Assembly (NCBI RefSeq): GCF_009914755.1
Contig: NC_060927.1
From: the human T2T-CHM13v2.0 reference genome, Homo sapiens
Direction: 5' to 3' (one strand)
DNA: 64,000 nucleotides
In this document: piece by piece, positions 1 to 22,425 of the stretch
Layout: each line of letters opens with the position of its first letter
Numbering within the stretch: position 1 is the stretch's first letter
Made by a program: the position numbers and the translations under genes
Notes under the pieces: model-generated
Told to the model about the DNA's origin: nothing
The model's input: the letters and a program-made list of their open reading frames with translations, nothing else
Database searches by the model: none

Positions 1-295
1 TTTTGGACACAGGGTCTTGCTGTGGTGCCCAGACTACCTGGGCTGCAGTGCAACGGTGCCATCTCAGCTTACTGCAGCCTCAACCTCCCAGGCTCAACAG
101 ATCTTCCCAACTCCTGAATAGCTCGGACTACAGGTTCGCGCTACCATGCCCAGCTAAGTTTTCCATTTTTTTGTAGAGACAGGGTCTCGCCATGTTGCCC
201 GGTCTAGTCTCAAACTCCTGGACTCAAGTGATTCCCCTGCCTAGGCCACCCAAAGTGCTGGGATGGATTACAGGTGTGAGCCGCCATGCCTGGCC
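1..295 (-). mobile_element. Alu (old, AluJ-like)
   Basis: Reverse-complement Alu ending ...gagccgccatgcctggcc; diverged. Confidence 0.9.
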
Positions 296-302
296 AGAAG
301 GT

Positions 303-500
303 GAATTTTGAAGTCAGGTCGACTCGGCTTCAGTTCTGGCTTAGCCACTCCATAACTGTGTGACAAGAGACAAGTTCTAGCTCTGAAACCCAATTTTCTC
401 AGGAAAATGGTGACAGTACACACCACCGTTCCGTTGTATGAATTAAAGGTAACAGTTGGGCAATGCTTGGCAGAGCTCCTCGCACATAGTAACCACCTTT
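303..500. mobile_element. MIR SINE fragment
   Basis: MIR core-like 'tctggcttagccact...ctgtgtgac...caagtt...ctctgaaacccaattttctc'. Confidence 0.6.
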
Positions 501-812
501 ACTTATTGCTGGAGGGAAGGTTGTACACCCTTGGGCCTTTTCTCTTTTTGAAATAGCTGGTATGGAACTCAGGTGACAAGACTAGTGGAGGCAGGAAGAG
601 GGACCCAGGAATTCTATCTTCCTATGGCTAAAAGGGGAAAAAGAAGCTTCCCCGCCTGGAATACTTCCTGAATCTTGCCCCTCCTCCCCATTTTTCAGGG
701 CTCTTTTCTAGTTCTGCCTCCAGGCAAAATTAGTACCTCCTCTTTTTGCCTCAGCTTTTCCACAAGTCTATTTGAACACATCCTTTGACCCCTTTTATTG
801 GTGTGATTTGAA

Positions 813-935
813 CCAGGCACAGTGGCTCAGGCCTGTAATCCCAGCACTTTGGGAGGCCAAGGCGGGAGGATCACTCGAGTCCAGGAGTTGGCGACCAGTC
901 TGGGCGACATAGCAAGACCCTGCCTCTGTTTTAAA
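813..935 (+). mobile_element. Alu monomer (FLAM)
   Basis: Left-monomer sequence followed by short A stretch. Confidence 0.85.
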
Positions 936-939
936 AACT

Positions 940-1234
940 CTTTTTTTTTTTTGAGACAGAGTCTTGCTCTGTCACCCAGGCTGGAGTGACGTGGCGCAAA
1001 CTCGGCTCACTGCAAGCTCCACCTCCTGGGTTCAAGCGATTCTCCTATCTCAGCCTCCCGAGTATCTGGAATTACAGGTGCATGCGACCATGCCCGGCTG
1101 ATTTTTGTATTTTTAGTAGAGACGGGGTTTCACCACGTTGGCCAGGCTGGTCTCAAACTCCTGACCTCAGGTGATCTGCCAGCCTTGGCCTCCCAAAGCG
1201 CTGGGATTACAGGCATGAGCCACCGCACCCAGCC
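940..1234 (-). mobile_element. Alu (AluS-like)
   Basis: poly-T then full reverse Alu dimer. Confidence 0.95.
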
Positions 1235-1289
1235 TTGAAAAAACAATTTTTTTAAGTAATTAAATATTAGTGTGATTTTTTTTTCTGTT

Positions 1290-1410
1290 CTTCCTCCACT
1301 GTTCCCCAAGCTATAAACTTCCCTACAGGGCAAGAGTCTTCAAGATCTTTCTTTCTACCCAGGTGCCCAGAACAGTGTCTGGCACATTGTAGGCGCTCAA
1401 AAAAATGCTT
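1290..1410 (+). mobile_element. L2 3' end fragment
   Basis: 'gtgcccagaacagtgtctggcacattgtaggcgctcaaaaaaatg' resembles the L2 terminus. Confidence 0.6.
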
Positions 1411-1690
1411 ACTGCCTCGGAAACCTGACCAGAAAAGGCCAACTGTATGTGGGGTGGGGAAGGGAATGAGAAGGGTTAACCTTTCTCCTCCACCTTCAGC
1501 TCTGTGTCAGATGATATACAAGTGGAGACTGAATCCCGTAGATTTATAGTGTGTTTTATGATGATATAAACAGAGCTTTTTTGTTATTATTAATCATCCC
1601 ATTTATGCATTTCAAAAATCCACAAAAATTCATCATTAAAATTTGTTTCATACCTTCTCATCCTTTCTCTCAATAACGTAGCAGTGTTAG

Positions 1691-2140
<450 letters not shown>

Positions 2141-2268
2141 CATATATGCATTTTTGGATAGGGTGATGGTCTGTGATTTTTCAGTCAGATGCTCTCATGG
2201 GTTCCTGACCTAACAAAGGAGAATGACTACATTCAATAGAAGAGGTGCAAAATAATGAGAAACACTAA

Positions 2269-2625
<357 letters not shown>

Positions 2626-2808
2626 TAAGGCCCCACTCCTGTCCCTTCTCCCTACCACTGTCCCTGCCTCTTACCCAACCAGTTGTCTTTCTCTCTTGTA
2701 AACTCCAACATTTCACATTTATCTCTTGTTATATGTGGCTAGTAACCATTGATCACCTTCCTTATGTTTGCTCATGTTTTACCTTCCCAGCTAGTCTGTA
2801 TGCTTCTC

Positions 2809-2945
2809 GAAGGCTAGGCTCATATTGCACATCATTGTATCTTCTTTGCCCTCTGGAAGGCTAGGATCATATTGCGCATCATTGTATCTTCTTTGCCCTC
2901 TGGAAGGCTAGGATCATATTGCGCATCATTGTATCTTCTTTGCCC
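2809..2945. repeat. 47-bp tandem repeat, ~3 copies
   Basis: gaaggctaggatcatattgcgcatcattgtatcttctttgccctctg starting at 2809, 2856 and 2903. Confidence 0.95.
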
Positions 2946-3150
2946 CCCCGAGCATGGCCTGCCTAGAGGGGATATTTGGTCATTTCTTTTTCATTGATTG
3001 GTTTTATAACCACCATAATGTTTGAACTCCTTAATGTGGCCTACATGGATTGGTCTTTGCCACCCTATTTGGCCTCATTTGTGTCTCCTCCCCCTTTACA
3101 TTTTATACCTAGCCATCCTCAATACCAGCCAGTTCCTTAGAAGTTCCATG

Positions 3151-3727
<577 letters not shown>

Positions 3728-4094
3728 TGCAGCCATGACACCTCACACAGCTTCCTCTGCCGGAACACTCATCTCCTCTTCTGTCTGGTTGACTCTTCTC
3801 AACATTTGCATCTCAATCTGGGAATTACTTCCTAACGAGAAGTCTTCCCCTGGACTTCATCAGAAAGTACAAATTAGTAAGATTGCGCCAGCAAAATGCG
3901 TAGTGTGTGAGAAAGCAATTAGCAAGAGGAAATGAGAAACATTCACGTCCACTTACTCATGAGCTTGCTCCAGCTTCTTCTTCTCCTGTCCCCTAGTTCC
4001 CTCTGGATGTCAGCCATCTGAAATTACTCACAGGACATCTGAATGCACTTTGTTTTATCATACTTCCGTGCCTTTGTACACACTTTTCTTCCGT

Positions 4095-4382
4095 TTTTTT
4101 TCTTCCTTTTTTTTTTTTTTTTTTTGGAGGCCAAGTGCACTGACGCCATTTCGGCTCATTGCAACCCCTGCCTCCCGAGTTCAAGCTATTCTCCTGCCTC
4201 AGCCTCCCAAGTAGCTGGGACTACAGGTGTGCACCACCATGCCTGACTAATTTTTGTATTTTTAGTAGAGATGGGGTTTCACCATGTTGGCCAGGCTGGT
4301 CTCGAACCCTGACCTCAAGTGATCCACCCACCTTGGCCTCTCAAAGTTCTGGGATTACAGGTGTGAGCCATTATGCCCAGCC
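4095..4382 (-). mobile_element. Alu
   Basis: Reverse Alu flanked by TSD tgtacacact (4076, 4383). Confidence 0.9.
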
Positions 4383-4434
4383 TGTACACACTAAACATTT
4401 TTCATTTTTTCATTCTTCCTAGGATTCCATTTAA

Positions 4435-4963
<529 letters not shown>

Positions 4964-5043
4964 TAATCCATGCCCTTTCTTCACCTAATTAACTCCTACT
5001 CATTTTTCAATGCCCAGCCAAGGGGTTTGTATAATGGTGCAAT

Positions 5044-5396
<353 letters not shown>

Positions 5397-5867
5397 TGAA
5401 ATGAATTAATGTCTATACAGTTCTTTGACTTCTTCCTGGCATATAGTAAGTGCTAAATAATTTTTAGCTATTATCAGCAACAACATCATCTTCTCTTTCA
5501 TCATTATTATCAGTATATATAATATACAAGTCTCTTGTCATTTTTCATGCTATATAGTAATTGCTTTTCATGTCTGTCTCTCCACCATCATATGTGCTCC
5601 TTTTTGATCGAATGATCCTCAAATAACGAGGTCATTCTACAGGCCCTAACAAAGCATCAACAGTCAAGGTTTGGAGCTACAGAAATCCTACAGAGAGCTG
5701 TGAAAAGAAAAACGTCAACTGGATGAAAAGGCTGTGGGAAAAGGAACAAGTAAATAAGGTTAGAAAGAATGCCTTAGAAATAGCCACAGGACTCATTCAC
5801 TATTGATCACAGTGCAAGTTGACACAACCTTATTTTGTCAGGCAATTTGGTGCTTCACACGAAAATG

Positions 5868-6176
5868 TTATTTATTTATTTATTTATTTATTGGAGACAG
5901 AGTCTTGCTTTGTCACCCAGGCTGGAGTGCAGTGGCGCAATCTTGGTCACTGCAGCCTCTGCCTCCCAGGTTCAAGCGATTCTCCTGTCTCAGCCTCCTG
6001 CATAGCTGGGATTACAGGCACATGCCACCATGCCCAGCTAATTTTTGTATTTTTTTAGTAGCGATGGGGTTTCACCATCTTGGCCAGGCTGGTCTCCAAC
6101 ATCTGACCTCAGGTGATCTGCCCGCCTCAGCCTCCCAGAGTGCTGGGATTACAGGCGTGAGCCACCACACCCGGCC
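5868..6176 (-). mobile_element. Alu
   Basis: Reverse Alu with (TTTA)n tail. Confidence 0.95.
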
Positions 6177-6310
6177 AAAAATTTTAATTACATATATCCT
6201 TAAACCGAGAAATATCACTTTTAGAAGTCTATTCAATAAAAACAATTTCTCTGGTATACAAAGATACATGAAAAGGTTAACCATCACATTACTTGTAAGA
6301 ATAAAAAATT

Positions 6311-6577
6311 TTGAGAGGCTGAGGTGGGTGGATCACCTGAGGTCAGGAGTTTGAAACCAACCTGGCCAACATGGTGAAACCGCGTCTCTACTAAAAATAC
6401 AAAAATTAGGTGGGCATGGTGGCGCACACCTGTAATCTCAGCCACTCGGGAGGCTAAGACAGAAGAATCACTTGAACCTGCGAGGCAGAGGTTGCGGTGA
6501 GCCAAGATCATGTCACTGCACTCTAGGTTGGGTGACAGAGCGAGACTCCGTCTCAAAAAAAATAAATAAATTTAAAA
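6311..6577 (+). mobile_element. 5'-truncated Alu
   Basis: Starts at 'ttgagaggctgagg'; TSD aagaataaaaaatt at 6297 and 6578. Confidence 0.9.
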
Positions 6578-7683
6578 AAGAATAAAAAATTGGAAACAGC
6601 AGAAATGCTCATCAAGGAAAGATTAATTAAATTAATTGTGGGATTGTGCTGCATCCATACAATGAAAGACTATGGAACTATTAAAAAGGAGGTAAAGCTC
6701 TCTGTCTGGAAGCCAGAAGTCCACAACATATAGTTAAATGAAAAAGCAAGTCGCAAAATAGTCTAAATTTATTAGCCCAATTTTGGGGTCAACTTTATTG
6801 AGGTACAGTTTAAATGCAATAAAATTCACCAATGTTAAGTGCACAATAAATGAGTTTTAACAAATATACCATCATATAGTCACTACCACAATCATGAAAT
6901 TGATAGGATATTTTCATTACCCCCAAAAAATTACCTTGAAACATTTTTCAGTCATTCTACACCCCTACCCTCTGCCTCCTGGCAACCACTAATCTGCTTT
7001 TTATAACTAAGATTTTGGACTTTTTTTAGCACTTCACATAAATGGAATTATATAGTAGATAGTCTTGAGTCTGACTCCTTTCACATAGCATGAAGCTTTT
7101 GAGATTCATTCGTGTTTTACATATCAGTGGTTCATTCTTTATTATTGCTGAGTAGCATTTCACTGTAAGGTTTTACTACATTTTATATATTCATTTACCA
7201 GTTCTTGGGCATTTGGATTGATTCCAGTTTTTAATGAGTATGAATAAAACCACTATAAACATTTGTGTACAGATTTATTTAATTTAACTTTTTATTTTGA
7301 AATAATTATAGATTCACATTATAAGAAATAATACAGAGATTGTTTCCTTACTTATGGAAGAAAAGAAAAAAAGAGAGATCCCTTGATCCAGCTTCCCCCA
7401 GTGGTAACATCTTGTAAAGTATAGTAACATATCACAACCAGGCTGTTGACATTGATGAAGTCAAGACACAGAGCAGTTCCATCATCACTGGGACCCCTTG
7501 TGTTGCCCTTTTATAGCCACACTCACCTCTTTCCCCGCCCCCAGCTCCTGGCAACTATTAGTCTCTTCTCCATAATTTTGTCATTTCAAGAGTGTAATAT
7601 AGATAAATGTAAGCATACAATATACAATATACAATTTGTAAAGATTGGCTATTTTCACTCAGCCTAATTCCCTAGAGATTCAT

Positions 7684-7687
<4 letters not shown>

Positions 7688-7752
<65 letters not shown>
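7688..7752. repeat. (TA)n(CA)n microsatellite
   Basis: Seen directly. Confidence 0.95.
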
Positions 7753-7753
<1 letters not shown>

Positions 7754-7885
7754 AATAGCTTGCTCCTGTTTATTGCTGAGTAGTGTTCCGTCCTGTGCAT
7801 ATACCATGACTTGGTTTTTGGCTATTATGAATAAAGTCGCTATGAACAATTTGTGTGAATGTAAGTTTTCTTTTCTCTGAGATAA

Positions 7886-8659
<774 letters not shown>

Positions 8660-9302
8660 TAATGATGTTGAACTCTTTTCATGTGCTTATTTGCCATCTG
8701 TATAGCTTCTTCAGGAAATGTCTGTTCATGTCTTTTACCCGTTTTCTAATTGGATTTTTTTACAAGTTTGTAAGTGTGCAAATTTGGGGGTTTCCTGAAA
8801 CCACCCTCAGGTTTGGTACTTTGCTAGAATGACTATCCAAGTGATCCTCCTGCCTCAGCCTCCCAAAGTGCTAGGATTACAAGCATGAGGTACCACACCC
8901 GCCAAATAATTCTTTTTATATTCTTGATACAAATACTTTGACAGATACATATTTTGCCGATATTTTACCCCAGACTTGCCTTTTCATTTTCTTAACAGTA
9001 TTATTTGAAGAGCAAATTTTTAAAATTTTTATGAAGACCTAGTCATCATATTTTCCTTTTTGTGGTCTATTTAATATATTAATATATGCCCAACCCAGGG
9101 TCACAAAGACGTTCTTCTGTATTTTATTCTAGAAAAGTTCTAGTTCTAGTTCTTACATTCCGGTCTACTTTTCATTTCAAGTTAGTTTTTGCAGATACTA
9201 TGAGGTAAGGGTTGAGGCTCATTTCTTTACATATGGATATCAATAATTACAGTATGACATGTGCAAAAGAGTCCATTTTCTCAGTGAATTGCCTTGGTAT
9301 CT

Positions 9303-9950
9303 GTAAGGAGTTACCCAAACCACACAGTCAGACGGAACAATCCCTATAAGATTGCCCTGACTTCAGACACCAACTGCGAGTTTGCAGCTTCCTAAAACCA
9401 CTCTCAGATTTGGTACTTTGCTAGAATGACTCACAGAACTCAGGAAAGTGCTGTGTGTACCACTGCAGCTTTATTATAGCAATGGGATATAAATTAGAAC
9501 CAGACAAAGGAAGAGACACGTAGGGTGAAGTCTGGGAGGGTTGCAAACATGAAACTGCCACTATCTTCAGGAAAGTGTTTTCCTACCAGCACTGATGTGT
9601 GATAGTCTGTTCAGAGTATTCCCAACCAGGGAAACTTACCTGAGCTCTGGTGCCCAGAGATTTTATTGAGGTTTTCTTACAAACACGATTGGTTGAGCCC
9701 ATGTGGTTGTACTCAATCTCCCGCCTGATACCATGTGTCCCCCAGCTCCAACCGTCTTATCAGATAGTTGGTCTTCCTGCCATGGCCACCCCCAACATGT
9801 TATAGCATAAAATATCAGGTGTAGTTCCAAGGGCCCATCAAATAACAAAGACACCCTTAACACTCAGGAAATTCCAAGAGTTTAGAGATTACCTCCCAGG
9901 AGATGGGGAAAAGGCCAGGCTTCTCTATAGGAGCCACATTTCTTGCTATA
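9303..9950. mobile_element. ERVL-class LTR (MER21/MER77-like)
   Basis: 'tttgctagaatgactcacagaactcaggaaag' and 'cactcaggaaattccaagagtttagag' motifs shared with the MER21-type copy at 21.5-22.9 kb. Confidence 0.6.
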
Positions 9951-10055
9951 TAAAATCTTTGTCAAAAGCAAATATAAAATGTGGTTCATATCCACAGGTT
10001 TAGGTCATACATGTGTATGTGTAGATCTATTTCTGGTCTCTCTTTTGTTCAATGA

Positions 10056-10538
<483 letters not shown>

Positions 10539-10579
10539 TGTATAATTTTTAAACAATGTGCATACAATACTTCCATAGA

Positions 10580-11230
10580 AAGGAAAAAATGATAAGGATA
10601 TAAGGAAAAATGATCTGCTTAAGCAGAAAAAAATAATTATACATAATAGCTGAAATACAAGATTAGGGAAATTTCCCAGGAAATATAGCAAAAAGATAAA
10701 GGGATATAAAATAGTAGACAAAAGGTTAGGAAGTTAAGAGTACTAGTTCAGGGGATCTTATATCTGAATACCGGTGTTTCCAGAAAGAAAAAAGAGAAAA
10801 GAAGGGACAAAGCAATCAATGTCATAATTCAACAATAGAATGAACTGTGATATTTAAGAGCCAATAAGTAGCCAGCATCATTTTAGGGAGGAAGAGAAGA
10901 TTTCATTGCCTCTAGAGATGAAAAAATTGGCTATATACAAAGTTTAGGAAGCAAAATGGATTTGGACTTCGCATCAGCAACACTAGAAGCCAAAGCACAA
11001 TGAAGCAGTGCCTTTAAAATTCTGAGAAATGTAACTTGCAATCTGGAATTCTATACCCAGCCATACTATCAATTGAGTATGAGAGCAGAAAAAAATATGT
11101 TCAAGTATGTAAGATTTCAAAAACTTTTATCTATCATGCACTCCTTCTCTATAAGCTACCGGAGAAGATACTCCACGCAAAGACCAAGTAAATCCAGGAG
11201 GAGAATCTAAAATAGGAGAGAAGCAAGGAG
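10580..11230 (+). mobile_element. Ancient L1/HAL1 ORF1-region remnant
   Basis: 'gacttcgcatcagcaacactagaagcc...gcctttaaaattctgag...gaattctatacccagcca' resembles L1 ORF1 C-terminal coding sequence. Confidence 0.65.
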
Positions 11231-11909
11231 ATTCCCTGGGAGGATAGTAAGGGGAAATGCCATGATAATCGCTGTGTACAACATGTGGAGAACAACCATT
11301 TCCATGTGGAAAACTGTGACTCAAGAAACAGGTTGAGAACTGTCATCACCCAAAAATCCTCACTGATATCATACCTTGTTCAAACTTGAGGACGATTTAT
11401 CCATATTTGTCACAGTTTCATTACATATTATGGAAATTCCCACTCACCTCTCTACACTCTGCTGGTAGAATCGGCTAAGCGTATTCATTTCATAAAACAG
11501 CCCGTTTCTGAAGTGTTGTGCTTTAGGCCTACTCTTGAGAGCTGAATGTAGGCTAATGAGCTTAAAAGCAGAAAATACAAAGCATCCTTCCCCCTCTGAC
11601 CCTATTTCTACAGGGTCTTCAGTGCCTGGCCCATCCTGCAGATCTGCCAGATGCCCAGACACAGGTGAACCCTCATGGTTAGAGACTTATCCACCTGAAA
11701 CTAATGAAACGGAAGCCCTTTATTCATATATGCCCTCCCCAAGGCCCTGTACCTAATTTAGTATTTGTAATTTTGAACTTATAATCTTACAAAAGGGTCC
11801 TCCAAATTATATAATCTTCAGACCCCACAAATCCTAGATCTGCGCCTGTGTACGATTGTTTTTTTCTTTTTTTTTGGCTTTCTCCCCTCCAATTAGGAAG
11901 ATAGATGCG

Positions 11910-12350
11910 TGTTTTGTTCTGGTTTCTTTTCTTGTTTTGTTTCGTTTTTGAGACGGAGTTCCGCTCTTGTTGCTCAAGCTGGAGTGCAATGGCCAATCTC
12001 TGCTCACCCCAACCTCCGCCTCCTGGGTTCAAGCAATTCTCTTGCCTCAGCCTCCCGAGTAGCTGGGATTACAGACACACGCCACCACAGCTGGCTAATT
12101 TTTTGTATTTTTAGTAGAAACGGGGTTTCACCATGTTAGCCAGGCTGGTCTCAAACTCCTGACCTCAGGTGATCCATCTGCCTCGGCCTCTCAAAGGCTT
12201 ACAGGCGTGAGCCACTGTGCCCAGCCTTGTTTTTGTTTTGAAATGGGGTCTCACTATGTTGCCCAGACTGGACCAGAACTCCTGGGTTCAAGTGATCCTC
12301 CCATTTCAGCCTCCTGAGTAGCTAGGACTACAGGCACATGCCGCCATGCC
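11910..12350 (-). mobile_element. Alu dimer (11910-12225) followed by Alu monomer (12230-12350)
   Basis: Reverse Alu consensus matches. Confidence 0.9.
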
Positions 12351-12431
12351 TTGCTCTTTGATCATGATTTTGTCCTCTGACTTCTCCAGAAGAGGCTTTT
12401 AAAGACTCAGGAAGGTTGAAATTACATTATA

Positions 12432-12492
12432 ACCCAGCAACTCTATTCAGCTTGTTTTCCATGACCCAGCAACTCTATTCAGCTTATTTTCC
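12432..12492. repeat. Short tandem duplication, period 32
   Basis: acccagcaactctattcagctt(g/a)ttttcc at 12432 and 12464. Confidence 0.9.
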
Positions 12493-12726
12493 CAGGAAAT
12501 CTCATGTAATACTGGCAACAGTGCTCTTTCCTTACACAGCTAGCTTTGTGCTAGCCACTCAGTTATTCAAATCCAACCAGTAGATTGTTTAGGGATATGT
12601 CATATAGAGGGCAAAACTATAAAGCAAACAGTAACGACTGACATTAAAGGTAGTACCTGGGGAGGATGTGGTGCCCAGGGAAGCAGAGATTGCAGGGAGG
12701 CACACAGCTGAGCCTCAAGGTACTAG

Positions 12727-13409
<683 letters not shown>

Positions 13410-14723
13410 TCGTTATTTAATCTTTAGATTGTACACATACTTTTCTCTAAATATGATACATTTTATAATTTTAAAGCCTGGAGAGGTGCCTGAAGGCTAC
13501 TGTTTCCTCTCTTGGTTCAGGGCTGCAGCCAGAGAATATGTGCAGAGTCACTGTCAACAGCAAGTTAAGTATAAAAGGAAATAATGATTTTCTAACATTC
13601 TAATAAACCTGTGCTAGTTAGAGAGGATAGTGGTTACTGCAATAGAGTCCACTGTTTGCACTGGGAAGGGGTAAAGTCCAGCTGCCTTTTTCAGGCCCTC
13701 CTGGTAGAACAGCATTTTTCTGGCCCAGAGAGCATTCAGAATTTGGTCCTTACTTCCACATGTCCAGAAACTTGATTTTAGCCACTCCACTGGGACTTCT
13801 CATGCTTAGAGGGAATGCCTATGAATGAGCAGCCACTGTGAGCTCCTTGAGGGCTGAGATCATGCTTTATCCATCTCTAAATTCCCATTGCCTAGCAAAG
13901 AACCTACCTACAACAACAGAGTCCAGGGACCTTTCTGGCAACTTGCATACTCGTGTGTTCCAGACAGAACATGCATGCCTGCTCTGGAGGCACAGCTCCC
14001 TTCCTGGGGCCTGGTGGCCTGACCCTGAGGCTTAGCCCAGAGGTTAATCGCCCTTCCACCAAGGATACAGCACACCTACCTTCCTACCAGCCTCCTCATG
14101 CTGTCATTTACCCAGGCCAGGACTGGCTGCCAGCCCTGGCACAGTGCCATGCTCATAAAAAGGGCTCAGGAAATGGAAGAAGAAATATAGAAGCCCAAGT
14201 CAGAAGGCAGACTTTCTTTTCCCCCACATGGGCTACTTCGTGGTCTTTGCCTTATCTTCACATATATGATCGATCCCCCAGCCCAGCCGATAGACAGGCT
14301 TAGATATGAAGCTTCTTAGAAATGCTTTTCCGAGTAAGGTTCTGCTCTGCTTGTAGAAAGTGATGGAGAAAGTGAATGCCACCCAGCCAAATACACTCAT
14401 TAGTTTACCCAGCAAAGAGTGCAGCAGTCAGAATTTCAAACACTGGAGGAAGCGGTGAGGACAAAATCCAAAGCCCTTGCCAGTCACAGGGGAGTAATTT
14501 GACCAGTTATGACCATGCTCTTCCTGCTCACAAATATATGCTGACTGCCTTCGGGACAAGCAGGTGGTTGCTTTGCCTGGGGAGCCACCAAAGCTGTGTA
14601 AGGCCTGGGCCACAGCCAGAAATAGTTTAGATTCCAAAAGCTCAGAGTCAAGGCTGCGAGAGCACTTGTTTAGTCCATCAAGAAGCAGATCAAGAAGAGA
14701 AGTGGCTTAGAAAGACAGTGACG

Positions 14724-15340
<617 letters not shown>

Positions 15341-16389
15341 AATGAAAGACAGTGATGGAACCAAGCCGAGGATGAAGGACTCCCAACTGCCACATGTGTA
15401 TTATTGTGTCTGTTACGCTCTGCATCTCTGGTCATTGCAGATCCCATGGTCAAGGGCCTTCGTCCTGCCATAGCAAGGTTTGAGTCTTCTAATTGGCATT
15501 CACATGAGGTTTATGTCTATGTAACTGCAAAAAAAACTTATTAGCTCAACTGGCCTGTTGAGTGGATAAATAGTGATTACTCTTTTCTGATTTTATCTTT
15601 GTAATGTGACAAGTTTGTGGGGTAGAAATTCTAATTTGCCATCTATTTTGCATTTATTTACATAATGAGCTCCCAAGCCCCTGAGGATATACCATGAATT
15701 AATTAGTGGAGTCTGTAATAGCCAATTCCAGTTCTGTGGAGTATTAGGACACCCACAATAAAGAGAAATGCATTATTATTATTATTTTTAGCAATTGATA
15801 TACCCTAGAGGTACTAAAGCCTTTTCAGAACAAGGTGTGGTGTATATAAATGACTATGTTATCCATGTCCCGATTTAGGAAAGGAGATATTGCAGAAATT
15901 GAAGTCTGTTACCTTAAATGCCAAGGGGATTCGGCATTTCTGTCCTCCCCCTGGCTTATTCTGAAATCGAGGTGAGATGGGAAGAAGGGTAGTGACTGAG
16001 GCAGAAGGACAACCTGATTTCTAATCATTCATTCACTGGAACAACATTGCTTGAGTCAATCTATGTGTAAGGCTTTGTGTGAGGGGGTGATAGATCATTT
16101 AATAGGACCCAGGAGATCATGCTTTGAAAAACACCTGATATCTTGCATGTAGTGAAGAAAAGACACCTGCAAAAGTACCCGCTGACCCTGGGGTGGAGGT
16201 GTCCTCACCCAAAGGCCTCAACTGCTGACTTCTAGTCAAAGCTTCAACACTCACTTGCTGTGTGACTTTGAACAAATCACTTCCCCTCTCTGATCCTCAG
16301 TATCCTAGCTGTGAAATTAGAGGCAAGGAAGAACTCGCAGAAGGAATGTGGCATGTAGAAAGACCCAGAAATCCCTCTCTATGTTTTAG

Positions 16390-17570
<1,181 letters not shown>

Positions 17571-17614
17571 TAAATCTGGAATCGAATCCCTTGCTTACCG
17601 GTTCCTAAGTATTT

Positions 17615-19195
<1,581 letters not shown>

Positions 19196-19392
19196 CCAGG
19201 TTCTCTGTGTTTGGGATAGGAAATACCTGGCCTCTTCCAGCCAGATGGAGAATCTGCTGTCATTTGCATTTTAAAAAATCTCTTCTGGTTTATGCATATG
19301 TGTTGATTTTACTGAATTTTAGCTAAAATGTATCGAATGCTCACTCTGTGCCGAGTGTTCTTCCAACAATTCTACAGAAATAAAATCACTTA

Positions 19393-19673
<281 letters not shown>

Positions 19674-19853
19674 TCATGGAAACCCAAGGAGATAGACACT
19701 TTAAAAATACACTTTACTTTTTAGAGCAGTTTTAGGTTCACAGTAAAATTGAGTGGAGAGTACAGAGTTCCCACGTGCCACCTGCCCCCCCCCACAGGCA
19801 CAACCTTACCTGCTGTCAACATCCTCCACCACAATGGTACATTTGCTCAATGA

Positions 19854-20132
<279 letters not shown>

Positions 20133-21017
20133 TGATCTAGAACTCCTGACCTTGTGATCCGCCCGCCCTGGCCTCCCAAAGTGCTGGGATTACAGACGTG
20201 AGCTGCTGCACCCGGCCTGGTGTTGTACATTCTGTGAGTTTTGACAAATATATAATGACACACAGCCACCATTATAGGATTGTACAGAATCGTTTCACTG
20301 CCCAAAAAATCCACTGTGCTCCCCCTCTTCATCCCTCCTCCCCCACTGAGCACCGGCAGCCACTCAGCTTTCACTATCTCCACGGTTTTACCTTCTGCAG
20401 AATATCATATGGTTGACTCGTACAGTATGTAGCCTTTTCAGACTGGCTTCCCTCACTTAGTAATTGCATTTAAGATTTCTTTACATCCTTTCATGGCTTG
20501 ATAGCTCATTTTATTTTAGTGCAACAAGATTCCATTGTCTGGATATACCACAGTTTATTTATCCATTCATCTACTTGAAGGACATCTTGGTTGCTTTGAA
20601 GTTTTGCCATTTACGAATAAAACGTCCATATGTAGATTTTCGTATGGACATATGTTTTTAATTCTTTTGGGTAAATACCAAGAAGCACAATTGCTGGATC
20701 GTATGATATTTGGACTGAATGCTTGTGTCCCCCCAAAACTCATATGTTGAAGCCATAACCTCAGTATGGCTGTTTCTGGAGATGGGCGTCTAAGAAGTAG
20801 AAGAAAATGGTTTCTCTACTTGCAGCACTTCTGACACCAAGTGTGTGGGTTCCTTCCACACCAAGAACCAATTCTCCAGATTCCAACTGAATGTCAGATG
20901 ACTCAATTCAGTTCTCACACTAACTACCCAGTCAGGATCAGACCCACAGGTGAAAGGGCTCAGTCCCGCAAGACCACCCCTACTTCAGATGCTAGTCGCA
21001 AATAATGGGTCCGCAGG

Positions 21018-21460
21018 TGATAGAGTTTGGATATTTGTCCCCTCCAAATCTCATGTTGAAATTTGATCCCCAACATTGAAAATGGGGCCTAGTGGGAGGT
21101 GTTTGGGTGATTGGGGAGGATCCCTCATGAATGGCTTGGTACCATCCTTGAGGTCATGAGTGAGCTCTTGCCCTAGTTCCTGCAAGACCTGATTGTTAAA
21201 GAGTCTGGCATATCTGCCCCCCAACCCCCTCATGCCACCCCCGGCTTGCTTTCTCTCTTACCATCTGATCTGCACACTCAGGCTCCCCATCACCTTCCAC
21301 CATGAGTGGAAACACCATGAGGCCCTCACCAGAAGCTGAGCGGTTTCTAGCACCATGCTTCTTGTACAGCCTGCAGAACCAAGGGAAAAATGAGTCTCTT
21401 TTCTTTATAAATCACCAGCCTCAGGTATTCGTTTATAGCAACACAAATGGACAAAGACAC
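21018..21460 (+). mobile_element. MSTA/B-like MaLR LTR
   Basis: 'tgatagagtttggatatttgtcccctccaaatctcatgttgaaa'...'tttatagcaacacaaatggac'. Confidence 0.8.
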
Positions 21461-21491
21461 CAGGGTCCCATACTTCTGCCTAACGTGGCTA

Positions 21492-22425
<934 letters not shown>

